64,000 nucleotides of DNA from Patescibacteria group bacterium (GCA_041661385.1 JBAZUP010000001.1:289709-353708); one strand, 5' to 3'. Counted from the first letter of the stretch, positions 50,946 to 61,345 are shown. Made by a program: numbers and translations. Notes: generated from the letters alone by a model not told the origin.

Positions 50946-50972
50946 GTCTCCAAGCTGCTACTTGTAAATAAA

Positions 50973-51362
50973 TTAAGGTTTTGGTTCAACTGCCTGCATT
51001 ATCGCAAAAATATTTCCTTCCGTATCCTCTGCGCGCGCGATCCAGCCAATTCCCTCCATTTTTTCTTTTTCTTTAAGAATTTTTCCGCCGTTTTTTTTAA
51101 TCGCTTCTGTTACCTTATCAATATCGTCCACATCTATCGTGCAATCATAGGTATGTAATTTATTGTCGGCCGGCCTTTTATACATACCACCGCCAATACC
51201 CGGCTCCCCCTTTTCACCGGTAAAAAGCATCCAATAATCCATACCGCTACCTTCTGCGGCCGGATATTTTTCTATTTTCCAGCCGAGAGCTTTTTGATAA
51301 AAATTACTGGCACGATCAGGATCATCGGCCTGAATTTCAAAATGAATTACTCTATTAGACAT
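50973..51362 (-). CDS. glyoxalase/bleomycin-resistance (VOC) family protein
   Basis: VIHFEIQADDPDRASNFY ... paired beta-alpha-beta-beta-beta modules. Confidence 0.75.
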   Translation of the reverse strand: MSNRVIHFEIQADDPDRASNFYQKALGWKIEKYPAAEGSGMDYWMLFTGEKGEPGIGGGMYKRPADNKLHTYDCTIDVDDIDKVTEAIKKNGGKILKEKEKMEGIGWIARAEDTEGNIFAIMQAVEPKP

Positions 51363-51545
51363 ATGATTATATTAAAAAATAAATAATTATTACATATATA
51401 ATTACTTTAACACAACTGTATGATTTGGCCTTTTATGTCAATAGTATAAACAGTGGACAAAAACCATAAATTTGATTAAAATATATTATAATTATGGCTA
51501 AAAATGCATTAAGCATGGTAACTGCCTTACAAGTAAATTAATAAT

Positions 51546-52373
51546 ATGAACCGAGAAAAACCAACAGGAAACATTTACGAAACAAAAATTGAATTAAAAG
51601 ATGAACTGGAAAGATTAAAGAATACTGACTTTACTCACCCCCTTTACGCCTCGGCGAAAACTTTAGAAAGTATTGACCTTGCTGATAAAAAAGTTTTGGA
51701 TGTTGGTTCGGGCCCGGATCAAAAAATGGGTTCGTTGGTAGAAAATCGTGGAGGAAAATACATTGCCCTTGATTACAATGCAAGCCATCTTCAAACAATG
51801 AAACGTTCGGCCGAAGAAAAAGATTTGGATATATTTTTCGTTCGCGGTGACGTAAAAAATCTACCAATCAAAGAAGGTTCCGTTGATTTTGCTCACGAAA
51901 GATTTGTTTTAATGCACCTATCCCCCGAGGACAGAAAAAAAGCTATCAAGGAAATAGTTGCAACTGCCAAAGATACTGCATTTTTTTTGGAATACAACTG
52001 GGAGTCATTGTTAAGTGAAACTCATCCGGAAATTATCAATGAATTCAAAAAATTGGCAATGGAAATAATGGCAAAGTTAAAAATTCAGCCGTACATGGGT
52101 AAACTACTTGAAACTGAAGTAGTAACAGCACTAAGTGATACAGATGAAAAATATTCCACTACTAATGAAATTTTTGAAAGAAATGGTAAATTTGGTAAAG
52201 AAATTTCAGCAATGATTAAAAGTCTAATTGAAGTTGCTGATAAATTATTGAAGGATAATGATTTAAAAAATAAGTTAATAATTCTTGAGCAAAAAATACT
52301 AGCTTCAACAGGCGAAATGGAAATAATTCCTCCGGATATAAATGCGGTATCTGTAAAAAAGCTATCAAATTAG
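51546..52373 (+). CDS. class I SAM-dependent methyltransferase
   Basis: VLDVGSGPD motif I, acidic loop LDYN. Confidence 0.7.
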   Translation: MNREKPTGNIYETKIELKDELERLKNTDFTHPLYASAKTLESIDLADKKVLDVGSGPDQKMGSLVENRGGKYIALDYNASHLQTMKRSAEEKDLDIFFVRGDVKNLPIKEGSVDFAHERFVLMHLSPEDRKKAIKEIVATAKDTAFFLEYNWESLLSETHPEIINEFKKLAMEIMAKLKIQPYMGKLLETEVVTALSDTDEKYSTTNEIFERNGKFGKEISAMIKSLIEVADKLLKDNDLKNKLIILEQKILASTGEMEIIPPDINAVSVKKLSN

Positions 52374-52374
52374 C

Positions 52375-52860
52375 ATGAAAAAAAATCATTTACTTATTCA
52401 AACGATTATTCTCGCTGCCGGAGTTGTTTACTCCTGGTCGCGGGTCGTAATTCAGTTCCAGACCTTTATCGCTAAATACGGAACTATTTTTCGAATCAAA
52501 GATTGTACCTACCCAAACCCAATGGTCACGGCGTGCTTCTATGGCGCCGTTGCATTTCTCCTTGCCTTTGCATGGTCCATGAAAATATATTTGGATAAAG
52601 AACCGAAATTAATTTGTGAAAAACGTTTGCGTTGGTTCTTGCTTTTTGGGGTTTGTTTTGCGGCTTCGGTTTTAACTTTTGAATTTTTACTATTTTATAA
52701 AGTTATAAAGTTATCCGGACCGATTATTGCCTGCTCCCCCGGCGTGTTTCCACTCAAAACTCCCTGCTTTGTTGGTATGAATCTGTTTCTTGTCGGATAT
52801 CTGCTGGCGGTTTTCATAACAAGAAAAGCAAACAAACCTCACGAACAACCAAAACCATAA
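52375..52860 (+). CDS. small membrane protein, hypothetical
   Basis: 4 TM; operon with methyltransferase (1-nt gap). Confidence 0.35.
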   Translation: MKKNHLLIQTIILAAGVVYSWSRVVIQFQTFIAKYGTIFRIKDCTYPNPMVTACFYGAVAFLLAFAWSMKIYLDKEPKLICEKRLRWFLLFGVCFAASVLTFEFLLFYKVIKLSGPIIACSPGVFPLKTPCFVGMNLFLVGYLLAVFITRKANKPHEQPKP

Positions 52861-52875
52861 AAATTAAAATAAAAA

Positions 52876-52909
52876 AACAGCCTGGTCTGATAACCGGGCT
52901 GTTGTTTTT
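52876..52909. terminator. bidirectional terminator AACAGCCTGG-loop-CCGGGCTGTT
   Basis: 10-bp stem, 1 mismatch, T-run. Confidence 0.5.
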
Positions 52910-52945
52910 ATAATTTGAAAGACTTTACTACTAATGGGGAGGTTC

Positions 52946-55204
52946 TTACTGTTGTAAGATCTCAAGCCCCTCCACGCTAAACGCTAGATCAGAATCAGTG
53001 ACGCCAACTGTGTAGTTGCCAGCACCGGTGGTTGGGGTTGTGAGATGCCAAGCCGCGGCTCCGCCGTCTGCACCACCGTCGTTGGCCTGGTAATCAATTG
53101 TAGTGTTCGCTCGTGCTGTGAACGGCACATAGGTGTCCCCGCCCTGTGAGATACCAATGATCCAGGAGTTGGCCGCGATTACTGGGACTGTCACATCATA
53201 AATGCCAGAGATGTTCCTGCCGACGTCTGACATCGGAGAATGATGCTCGGCCGAACCGCCGAAAGTTGTGCTCGCATTCGCGAGTGAATAGATACTCAAA
53301 ATACCAGTGCTAAGTTCGGAGCGTGGATAATTACGTGTGGCTATTACCGAGGCGTTGGTAAGAACATTGGTGGCCGTAGCTGTCCAGATCTGCGAGGTCC
53401 AGTGAATAGTGCCGTCAACCGGCTCTACCTGTTTTACCCAAGCAGTCGCACCAGCTGGAGTGCCACCTACCCAAGCGAGAGTGGCTGGATATGGATCTTC
53501 TGCTGGTGTATACCAAGACACAACTGCAACCAAGGTACGGACCGAACCGCCAGTTGTGAAAGTGGGTGAAACCATGGTTGCACCACTCACATTGAGTCTG
53601 CTTACATTCTTCGGGAAGCCGACGTCGTTCACGATTGGCGGACTGCCCACCGTCGTCGAAGTGGCGATCAAAATAGAACTCGCTGAAACATTACCAGCGG
53701 CGTCAAAAGCCGATACAGCGTAAGCGTAAATCGTTGATGCAATTAAACCACTATCAGCAAAGCTATTTGCCGCAGAAGTTCCAACTTGCAGGCCGTCGCG
53801 ATAGATCTTATACCCAATCACAGCCACGTTGTCGGTAGAAGTTGACCAAGTAAGATTAATTTGTGAATAAGAAATACCAGTGACTGAAAGATCAAATGGA
53901 ACCGATGGGGCGATGGTGTCTAAAATCGGAGTCGTAACTGTAGCCGGCAGAGACTGCAATGAAACATTGCCGGCCGCATCGCAGGCTGCGATGGTGTAAG
54001 TATAAGTTCCTTCTGGTGTTAATTGGGTACCGCTATACGACAAAGCAGTGGTGGAAGCGATTAATATGCCATTCTGGAAAATTTGATAACCGACAACGCC
54101 GACATTGTCAGTGCTGGGAGCCCAAGAAACATTGATCTGCGTACCGGAGATTGCGGTCGCGGTAACACCAGTAGGTGCGCTTGGCGCCGAGGTGTCAGCC
54201 AAAGTGCGGGCGGTGGCGGTTGCTGATAGATTAGAAACATTCCCGGCTGGATCAACCGCGGCAACATTATAGAAGTATGAAGTGTTTAAGGTAAGGCCCG
54301 TGTTCTGATAAGTTAAAATCCCAGCAGAAGTTGTTGCAATCTTTATACCATTGCGATAAATAGCGTAAGAAATTTGCGCGGAGGCATTATCTGGGTCGGT
54401 GGCCGCGTCCCAAGAAAGATTAATTTGCGTCATTGAAGAACTGGTCGCAACGAGCGCGGTCGGCACTGATGGCGTTGTAGTGTCCATAGGGGCCGCTTTA
54501 AAAGCAGCCATTTGCAATACCCAGCCATTTGAATTTTGAGTTGCGGTCGCTGCATATGAACCAGTGGTTGTAACAAACCGGTCTTCCGTTAAATTTCCGT
54601 AACCCCTGCTTCGCGCCGTAAAGCGGGTACCTTTTGTTACCGTGCCGCGGGAAGCGCCACCGCCAAATATTAACTCCGAAGCATTAGTGGTAGTCGCGGA
54701 TCCGCTGTTCATGGCACTAGATGTTCCAAACGCGCTAACTGTTTTATCCAATGGAGAAACCGGATCAAGCCCGGAATACTCATGGATATAAAGGTCGGCA
54801 AAACCGCTTATCGCTTGAGAAAAAGCCGCAGTCACAGTGCTAGTACCGGCCGCGATATTATTCGCATAAAAAATTTGCGAACTCCAAGCGCCACCATTCC
54901 ATCTCACCGCGCTACCAGCGCTTTGATAAACATTACCCCTATTATCAGTTATTGTAGTAGTTCCAGTATTTGTCCAGGCCACATAAACCACGATTGTATT
55001 GCCGGCAATGTTTGCTTTTTTAAAGGTTAAGCGATTCGTTGTACTCGAAATAACCTCCTTGGCGTTAACCTGCACAAAAGCCGGGGTAGCTGCCATGGCC
55101 GAATTTGTTTTACCCAACAAAAAAATAACAAAAATAAAAAAACCAATCAAAATTTTCAGACTGGCTTTATGGCTAACTTTAGCGACATTTTTTATCATAC
55201 TCAT
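52946..55204 (-). CDS. secreted fibronectin type III repeat surface protein
   Basis: Signal peptide; three FN3 units each ending YxY.V.A.DAAGNVS; extra N- and C-terminal domains. Confidence 0.6.
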   Translation of the reverse strand: MSMIKNVAKVSHKASLKILIGFFIFVIFLLGKTNSAMAATPAFVQVNAKEVISSTTNRLTFKKANIAGNTIVVYVAWTNTGTTTITDNRGNVYQSAGSAVRWNGGAWSSQIFYANNIAAGTSTVTAAFSQAISGFADLYIHEYSGLDPVSPLDKTVSAFGTSSAMNSGSATTTNASELIFGGGASRGTVTKGTRFTARSRGYGNLTEDRFVTTTGSYAATATQNSNGWVLQMAAFKAAPMDTTTPSVPTALVATSSSMTQINLSWDAATDPDNASAQISYAIYRNGIKIATTSAGILTYQNTGLTLNTSYFYNVAAVDPAGNVSNLSATATARTLADTSAPSAPTGVTATAISGTQINVSWAPSTDNVGVVGYQIFQNGILIASTTALSYSGTQLTPEGTYTYTIAACDAAGNVSLQSLPATVTTPILDTIAPSVPFDLSVTGISYSQINLTWSTSTDNVAVIGYKIYRDGLQVGTSAANSFADSGLIASTIYAYAVSAFDAAGNVSASSILIATSTTVGSPPIVNDVGFPKNVSRLNVSGATMVSPTFTTGGSVRTLVAVVSWYTPAEDPYPATLAWVGGTPAGATAWVKQVEPVDGTIHWTSQIWTATATNVLTNASVIATRNYPRSELSTGILSIYSLANASTTFGGSAEHHSPMSDVGRNISGIYDVTVPVIAANSWIIGISQGGDTYVPFTARANTTIDYQANDGGADGGAAAWHLTTPTTGAGNYTVGVTDSDLAFSVEGLEILQQ

Positions 55205-55357
55205 TGATTAATTTTAAGTATTTTAGGAAGCGTAGCACTAAACACCATTTAAGTAAAGGTTAATGGCATGCACATTTTAATCATGAATTTTTAAACACCT
55301 GGCGAGGGCTTTAGCTTTACGATAACGAAAAAACGTGCTAGGATAGCGAAGCATTTT

Positions 55358-56197
55358 ATGGCAACTATAATAAATGGCAAGGAGATTGCCGCGAAAATTG
55401 AAAAATCCGTCCGAAATCGCGTGGACGATTTGAAACGAAAAGGCAAGGTAGTCCGCCTTGATGTTATTTTAGTCGGCGACAATCAAGCCAGCGAAACATA
55501 TGTAAAACGCAAAAGCGAAGCCGCCGACCGCGTCGGAATCGATTTTACTTTACACCGCCTCCCGGCCGACGTAACCGCTCGGGCAATTATTAAAAAAATA
55601 AAAGATGTTCAAAAAAAGTCCTCCGGACTTTTAATTCAGCTCCCCCTTCCTGAAAAACTTTACACCCCGGATATTTTGAATGCCATTGACCCAAATGTTG
55701 ATGTCGACTGCCTGACTCACGAAAACCTTGGCCGCCTCGTAATGAAAAGCCACTTTGTCGCCCCTCCAACTCCCGGCGCCGCTCTCGCAATCCTTAAAGA
55801 ATTAAATATAAACTTATCCGGAAAAGATATCACTATTATCGGCACCGGCGCTTTGGTTGGTAAGCCGCTCGCTATTATGCTCGTAAACGAAGGCGCGAGC
55901 GTGACCACTTGCAATAGTCGCACCAAAAATTTAAAAGAAAAATGTCTTTCCGCCGATATCATTGTTACCGGTGTTGGTAAAAAAGATATCGTCCGAGGCG
56001 ACATGGTAAAACCGGGAGCAATAGTAATTGATACCGGATTTGTGTACGAAAATGGCAAACTAATGGGTGACGTAAATTTTGACGAAGTAAGTAAAGTAGC
56101 CGGCCACCTCACCCCCACCCCCGGCGGCGTTGGCCCGATTACCGTAGCGCAGCTGCTCCAAAATACCATTATCTGCGCCGAAAAAAAGTTTGAATAA
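55358..56197 (+). CDS. folD: bifunctional methylenetetrahydrofolate dehydrogenase/cyclohydrolase
   Basis: IINGKEIAAKI..., YVKRK active-site Lys, GxGxxVGxP Rossmann. Confidence 0.9.
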   Translation: MATIINGKEIAAKIEKSVRNRVDDLKRKGKVVRLDVILVGDNQASETYVKRKSEAADRVGIDFTLHRLPADVTARAIIKKIKDVQKKSSGLLIQLPLPEKLYTPDILNAIDPNVDVDCLTHENLGRLVMKSHFVAPPTPGAALAILKELNINLSGKDITIIGTGALVGKPLAIMLVNEGASVTTCNSRTKNLKEKCLSADIIVTGVGKKDIVRGDMVKPGAIVIDTGFVYENGKLMGDVNFDEVSKVAGHLTPTPGGVGPITVAQLLQNTIICAEKKFE

Positions 56198-56217
56198 ACC
56201 TATTAAATATCGACCTG

Positions 56218-56245
56218 AACAGCATTGACAAATGCTGTTTTTTGT
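56218..56245 (+). promoter_or_regulatory. hairpin AACAGCATT-GACA-AATGCTGTT + T6 (copy 1) with TTGACA in the loop
   Basis: Acts as folD terminator and may carry the -35 of the cassette promoter. Confidence 0.45.
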
Positions 56246-56314
56246 ATTAAGGTTGAGGCCGCTACGGCCTTGCCGTATTTGCTCATTTTACCCACTATTC
56301 TCAGCGGAGGAATC

Positions 56315-56902
56315 ATGGAAAATGTTATTCGCCTGATTAACGACCATTACATCCTCGGCGGCACAATCGTCGCCATCCTCATCATCCTTTTCTTGGTATC
56401 AATCGTGATTCTCTATGGCTGGATCAAATATCGTGAATTCGTAAAGGAAATCAACTGGCGATTTTTCGCTTCCAAGGTCCGCATTCAGGCCGAGCTTCAT
56501 CGCCTGGTGACCGACGAAACCCATTTCACACCAAACAGCCGGAATAAGATTCTGGACGAGATTTGGTCCAACGAATTCGACTGTTGGGGCCGGATCTACC
56601 TAGAATCGGACTCGAAATGCTATGACTTGCCGCGTTCGATTTGGCAGATCATGCGCTGGCTCATGCTGCGTCGCATGCCCTCAACTGCAGAATTTGCGAG
56701 AGCGCTCGACGACGGTGAAACTGCTGGCCTTGCGGTTAGCGAAAAATACCTGATCCTAATGAATAATCGCAATCTTCCCAAACGGGTTTATCACTCCGGG
56801 CAATGGGAATTTGATGTTGCTGTCCAAAAGATGTTTCCAAAACTCACCGCCGAGCTAATCCTCCTTCAGGATCTGCTCATGAGGAAACGCTTCTGCGAAT
56901 GA
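56315..56902 (+). CDS. membrane-anchored hypothetical protein, paralog A of tandem cassette
   Basis: Start MENVIRL after GGAGG RBS; N-terminal TM; conserved RIQAELHRL...LPRSIWQIMRWLMLRR. Confidence 0.45.
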   Translation: MENVIRLINDHYILGGTIVAILIILFLVSIVILYGWIKYREFVKEINWRFFASKVRIQAELHRLVTDETHFTPNSRNKILDEIWSNEFDCWGRIYLESDSKCYDLPRSIWQIMRWLMLRRMPSTAEFARALDDGETAGLAVSEKYLILMNNRNLPKRVYHSGQWEFDVAVQKMFPKLTAELILLQDLLMRKRFCE

Positions 56903-56915
56903 AAATAGTGGGAAT

Positions 56916-56951
56916 AGCCAGCGCCAAAAGCGCTGGCTTTCCTATTTTGAT
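56916..56951 (+). terminator. terminator AGCCAGCGC-caaaa-GCGCTGGCT + TTTCCTATTTT (copy 1)
   Basis: Perfect 9-bp stem. Confidence 0.55.
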
Positions 56952-56981
56952 AACCTCACTTTTATTAAAAATACTGACCTA

Positions 56982-57008
56982 AACAGCATTGACAAATGCT
57001 GTTTTTTA
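56982..57008 (+). promoter_or_regulatory. hairpin AACAGCATT-GACA-AATGCTGTT + T6 (copy 2)
   Basis: Identical to copy 1. Confidence 0.45.
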
Positions 57009-57082
57009 TAATAAGGTTTAGTCCGCTACGGCCTCGCCGTAATTTGCTCATTTTACCCACCTTTCTCAACCCGGAGGAAATT

Positions 57083-57649
57083 ATGGGAACGCTCTCCCTT
57101 ATAAAAGTTGTCGTGATCTCTTTCACGATCGTTATAACCATTGGTTTTCTCTGCATATTTGTGCGATGGCTAAGCTTTCGTCGCGCCCTGTCGGAAATTG
57201 AATGGCAGATTTTTGCCGTCAAAATTCGCATTCAGGCCGAACTCGAACGCTTTATTCTTCAGGATGTTAACCTGATACCAATCTGTCGGGAAAAACTTTT
57301 GGACGAAATTTACAACAACAAGTTTAACGACTGGGATAAAACCTATCTCGAACCAGACTCGCTGACTTGCGAACTGCCCCGGTCCATCTGGCTCGTCATG
57401 AAGTGGCTCATGCTCCGCCAAAACAAAGCAACCTCAGAATTTGCCAGAAAAATCGACCAAGGCAAAGACGCCACCCTTCCGTCCGGAAATAAATTCCAGT
57501 TGTTTATGAACAGTTATAGTATTCCCAATTGGATATATTTCGCCCAAAAAAGCGAACTGGATTACAGGGTTCAGCAGCTGTTTCCAAAGATAACCGACGA
57601 CTTGGTCCGCTACCGAAGACTGGTAATGGCAAAAAACATTTGCTTATGA
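57083..57649 (+). CDS. membrane-anchored hypothetical protein, paralog B of tandem cassette
   Basis: Start MGTLSLI after GGAGG RBS; ~50% aa identity to paralog A. Confidence 0.45.
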   Translation: MGTLSLIKVVVISFTIVITIGFLCIFVRWLSFRRALSEIEWQIFAVKIRIQAELERFILQDVNLIPICREKLLDEIYNNKFNDWDKTYLEPDSLTCELPRSIWLVMKWLMLRQNKATSEFARKIDQGKDATLPSGNKFQLFMNSYSIPNWIYFAQKSELDYRVQQLFPKITDDLVRYRRLVMAKNICL

Positions 57650-57652
57650 GAA

Positions 57653-57686
57653 AGATGGGAATAGCCAGCGCCAAACGCGCTGGCTT
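57653..57686 (+). terminator. terminator AGCCAGCGC-caaac-GCGCTGGCT + TTTCCATTTT (copy 2)
   Basis: Perfect 9-bp stem; overlaps promoter TTGACA (57694) of dus. Confidence 0.55.
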
Positions 57687-57731
57687 TCCATTTTGACAAA
57701 CCACACTTTTTCCGTCATACTAGCACCCGAT

Positions 57732-58736
57732 ATGATATCTGGATTTTGGAAAAAATTAAAAAAACCCATCTTTGCCATTGCCCCCATGAGCAATGTTACT
57801 GACCAAGCTTTTCGCCTGCTTATCGCAAAATACGGCAAACCAGATGTAATGTGGACTGAGTTTGTTTCTTGCGACGGATTACAATCGGAAGGAAGAAAAA
57901 AACTGCTTATTGATTTAAAATACGATAAATCTGAACGACCGATTGTTGCCCAGATTTTCGGATCAAATCCGGAAAATTGCTATAAAACCGCATTACTTAT
58001 TGATGAACTGGGTTTCGATGGAATTGATATAAACATGGGCTGCCCTGACCGCAACGTGGAAAAGCAAGGCGCGGGCTCTGCCATGATAAAGAACCCCAAA
58101 CTAGCGCAACAAGTAATACTCGAAACTATTCGCGGCGCCGGAAAAATGCCGGTCTCGGTAAAAACTCGTATCGGCTATACGAAAAATGAATTAAAAACTT
58201 GGCTTCCTTATATTTTGGAAACTGGTCCGGCCGCTGTAACAATACACGCCCGCACCCGTAAAGAGATGTCCAAAGTTCCCGCCCGTTGGGAACACGTCGC
58301 CGAAGCGGTCACAATTCGTGATAACTTTGACAGTTCAAAAAATAAAACTTTAATTTTGGGAAATGGCGATATTAAAGACATTGTCGACGGTTATGAAAAA
58401 GCCAAACAAACTGGTGCCGACGGAGTTATGATCGGGCGAGGAATCTTTGGCAACCCGTGGTGCTTTTCAGACATAGACAATTTACGTAAAGGAAAAAAAA
58501 TTAAAACTGAAATTTCGGTTGAAAAACGGCTGAAAGCGATGATTGAACACGCTGAATATTTTGAAAAAATCTTGGGAAAAGAAAAAAACTTTGAAATCAT
58601 GAAAAAACATTTCAAAGCTTATGCGAATGGTTTTGACGGCGCAAAAGAATTACGGATCAGGTTAATGACTGAATCGGAAAATAGTAAAGAAGTAAAAAAA
58701 ATTGTTCAAGAATTTCTAAAGAAAATCCCGACATAA
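57732..58736 (+). CDS. dus: tRNA-dihydrouridine synthase (DusB-like)
   Basis: IFAIAPMSNVTD, GFDGIDINMGCP, FMN/TIM barrel; start MISGF at 57732. Confidence 0.85.
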   Translation: MISGFWKKLKKPIFAIAPMSNVTDQAFRLLIAKYGKPDVMWTEFVSCDGLQSEGRKKLLIDLKYDKSERPIVAQIFGSNPENCYKTALLIDELGFDGIDINMGCPDRNVEKQGAGSAMIKNPKLAQQVILETIRGAGKMPVSVKTRIGYTKNELKTWLPYILETGPAAVTIHARTRKEMSKVPARWEHVAEAVTIRDNFDSSKNKTLILGNGDIKDIVDGYEKAKQTGADGVMIGRGIFGNPWCFSDIDNLRKGKKIKTEISVEKRLKAMIEHAEYFEKILGKEKNFEIMKKHFKAYANGFDGAKELRIRLMTESENSKEVKKIVQEFLKKIPT

Positions 58737-58750
58737 AGTCGGGATTTTTT
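58723..58750. terminator. bidirectional terminator AAATCCCGAC-ataaa-GTCGGGATTTTTT
   Basis: 10-bp perfect stem. Confidence 0.55.
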
Positions 58751-60155
58751 AACCATACATTATTTCTTCGGGAGGTTTTACCTCTTCTTCGTGCTGCTTT
58801 TTTTCTCCAAAACCGATTGGTTTTAACGGATTCTCCATCATTTCAACCGGCAGACCCGAAGGCGGTTCACTGCGTTTGGCTCCGGCTTTGTGGAGAAGCG
58901 GCGTTTTCACGAACGGCAATGGGAAGTGCCACAGGGTCGCTAATTCTTCTATATTTAAGACATACCCGTCAGTTTTCCCCCACTTCATTTTGCGATCGCG
59001 GTAAGCCTTCATAAAGCTCGTTTTCATCACATTACTCTTCACATGAGATGAGTCATAGTGGGCATGAGTAGCACCGGCAGGCACAATCGCATTATGGTTT
59101 TGCATATGAAACTGGTTCATCGCGCCGGTAAAACCATCCAAACAGTGGCTGGGGTTAAACACTTCTTTGCGAGCGCCATATAAAACTCGCAATTTAGTTT
59201 TAAAACCAATTTTTGATAATTTATCTTCAATTGCTTCAACTGCCTTTTTTGTACCCGGTTCTAATACAACTTTTTCATCTTTAGCATGATCGTCGCCGTG
59301 AGCAACATCAAATTCCCAAGTAATAAGCGCCGAATGCACATCCTTGCCAAGCTGAGTCAAAAAACCATTAATAAAATTTAAGACCGGATTTCCGCCGCCA
59401 TGCCCATGCCCGCCGCCGCCAGTCATTAATTCTTTAGCGAGGGCAATCGCCTTTTCTTTCCAAGAACTATCAACCGGTTCAAGAATAATTTGCGCCCAAA
59501 GATTTTCACCATGACCTAGCCGCGTAAAATTTTCGAGAATGGCCGCCATCGGATCGCTAAACACCGCATCTTTACTCAGGCTATATTCAAACTCCGGATA
59601 AGTTCGAATTGGGTATGCGTCAGCTTTGGCTAATTTATATTCAACTCCCATAACATCATAATTTTCATCTGGGAATTTGTCCGGTAAATTTATTACATAA
59701 TCCTCTACTTCCGTAATTTCTGCCTCCGGATATTGCGCATAAATAGATGCTTCAACCAAATCACGAAATTCAACTTCTGTTCTAATTAAAAATTGTATAT
59801 AACCCTCGATACTAATAATTTCAATACTAAAATTTTTTTGCTTTCTTCCAACAATAAATTTATCTTCTATATTACTATGAATAAGCGAACCCGTAAGATG
59901 AGCAAAAATTTGTTCTACTGCTTTCGGTGTCTGCACAAATAACGGTGGCACATCAACCGCAAGCACCGCATATTTCCAGTGTGCGGTATATTTTCCAGCG
60001 CGATACCCTACCCACAAATCAACGGCAGATTTTAACAAATACGCTGAAATAAAAACCCAGCCGCCCAGCGCAAATACTACTGCCGCAGCTGTGGTTGGAG
60101 GCAATTCAAAAAACCATTGCCAAAAAGAAAAATCGATATTTATTCCTAAACCCAT
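58749..60155 (-). CDS. paralog of the N-terminal (non-ATPase) domain of the 44944..47493 NTPase; Gly/His-rich loop
   Basis: IYAQYPEAEITEVEDY~IHAQYPHAEISNEPDY; EELATLWHFP~EEMASFWHPP; no P-loop; N-terminal TM. Confidence 0.45.
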   Translation of the reverse strand: MGLGINIDFSFWQWFFELPPTTAAAVVFALGGWVFISAYLLKSAVDLWVGYRAGKYTAHWKYAVLAVDVPPLFVQTPKAVEQIFAHLTGSLIHSNIEDKFIVGRKQKNFSIEIISIEGYIQFLIRTEVEFRDLVEASIYAQYPEAEITEVEDYVINLPDKFPDENYDVMGVEYKLAKADAYPIRTYPEFEYSLSKDAVFSDPMAAILENFTRLGHGENLWAQIILEPVDSSWKEKAIALAKELMTGGGGHGHGGGNPVLNFINGFLTQLGKDVHSALITWEFDVAHGDDHAKDEKVVLEPGTKKAVEAIEDKLSKIGFKTKLRVLYGARKEVFNPSHCLDGFTGAMNQFHMQNHNAIVPAGATHAHYDSSHVKSNVMKTSFMKAYRDRKMKWGKTDGYVLNIEELATLWHFPLPFVKTPLLHKAGAKRSEPPSGLPVEMMENPLKPIGFGEKKQHEEEVKPPEEIMYG

Positions 60156-60161
60156 ATTAGT

Positions 60162-60341
60162 TTAGTGACCACCGTGTCCACCCGCATCAATAAGTCTAAA
60201 CATTATTCCATAGACAATAAAAGTGGCGAATGCGGTCCACCACCAGCCAAACCCGCCCGAAATATAACCGGCGACGTAGGCCATAAGGGTCACAAAAGTG
60301 GCTGAAAATGCCACCAAATGACGAACTGTTGAATCATTCAT
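60162..60341 (-). CDS. small 2-TM protein (59 aa, below ORF-track cutoff), operonic
   Basis: Manual translation MNDSTVRHLVAFSATFVTLMAYVAGYISGGFGWWWTAFATFIVYGIMFRLIDAGGHGGH. Confidence 0.3.
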   Translation of the reverse strand: MNDSTVRHLVAFSATFVTLMAYVAGYISGGFGWWWTAFATFIVYGIMFRLIDAGGHGGH

Positions 60342-60426
60342 AGATATTTATTAACATTGCTAGTATAACATAAATGGAGCCAAAAAAAAACCGTCGCCTT
60401 GCAGCAACGGTTTTGATATTAGATTG

Positions 60427-61344
60427 TTAAGCTGTCTTGCGTCTTTGCCACTTTTCCACATAAACCAGAAGCGGACTAGCAATAAATATCGAGGAATAAG
60501 CGCCACTTGCCATACCGATAAGCAATGCGAGCGAAAAATTTCGAATTGATTCACCGCCGAGGAAATATAAAGCAAAAAGCGGAAGCAAAACAGTAAGCGT
60601 AGTGTTGAGTGAACGCATTAAAGTTTCATTCAAAGCCACATTAACGATTTCTGGGAAATTGGCCGCGCTGTGATGAACGATATTTTCACGGATACGGTCA
60701 TAAACGACAATCGTATCAGTTACGGAGAAACCAAGTACGGTAAGCAGGGCCAAAATAAAATCTGTTTCAACTTCTACGCCAAAGTAGTGGCCCATTACAG
60801 CAAAAGCACCCATCACCAAAAGAATATCATGAATAAGCGCAACAATGGCTAGAAGACCGTATTTCCAACTAGCAACCGGTCGCGACACTCCACGAAATGC
60901 ATAGGCGACATAAAGAATAATCGCAACGTTAACCCAAATAATAGAACTGATTGCGCGCTGGCGAAGTTGTTCACTCACCGCTGAACCAATCGTTTCAAAA
61001 CTTTCTTCATGTACCACGCTTCCATCTTTGCCAAAGGTACTCTGCATTTTTTTAACGAGCGACTGGTGCTGATCTTCGGATAAAAATGAAGTTCTAATTA
61101 AATACTTATTGTCGCCGGCTTTTTGAACAATATATTGCTTTAATCCTTCACTTTCAAGAGTGTGCTGAACTTGTTCAGTTTCCGGTCGATTCTTAGAAAA
61201 CGAAAGTTCAACCATACTTCCACCGGTAAAATCGATACCCAATTTAATTCCAAAGGTCGCAATTGCCCATACTGACAATACTACCGTCAGAATACTGATC
61301 GAAAACCAAAGTTTTGAATATTTGATAAATGGAATCTTCATCAT
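60427..61344 (-). CDS. secF: protein translocase subunit SecF
   Basis: 6 TM + periplasmic loop, GIDFTGG motif. Confidence 0.85.
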   Translation of the reverse strand: MMKIPFIKYSKLWFSISILTVVLSVWAIATFGIKLGIDFTGGSMVELSFSKNRPETEQVQHTLESEGLKQYIVQKAGDNKYLIRTSFLSEDQHQSLVKKMQSTFGKDGSVVHEESFETIGSAVSEQLRQRAISSIIWVNVAIILYVAYAFRGVSRPVASWKYGLLAIVALIHDILLVMGAFAVMGHYFGVEVETDFILALLTVLGFSVTDTIVVYDRIRENIVHHSAANFPEIVNVALNETLMRSLNTTLTVLLPLFALYFLGGESIRNFSLALLIGMASGAYSSIFIASPLLVYVEKWQRRKTA

Positions 61345-61345
61345 A

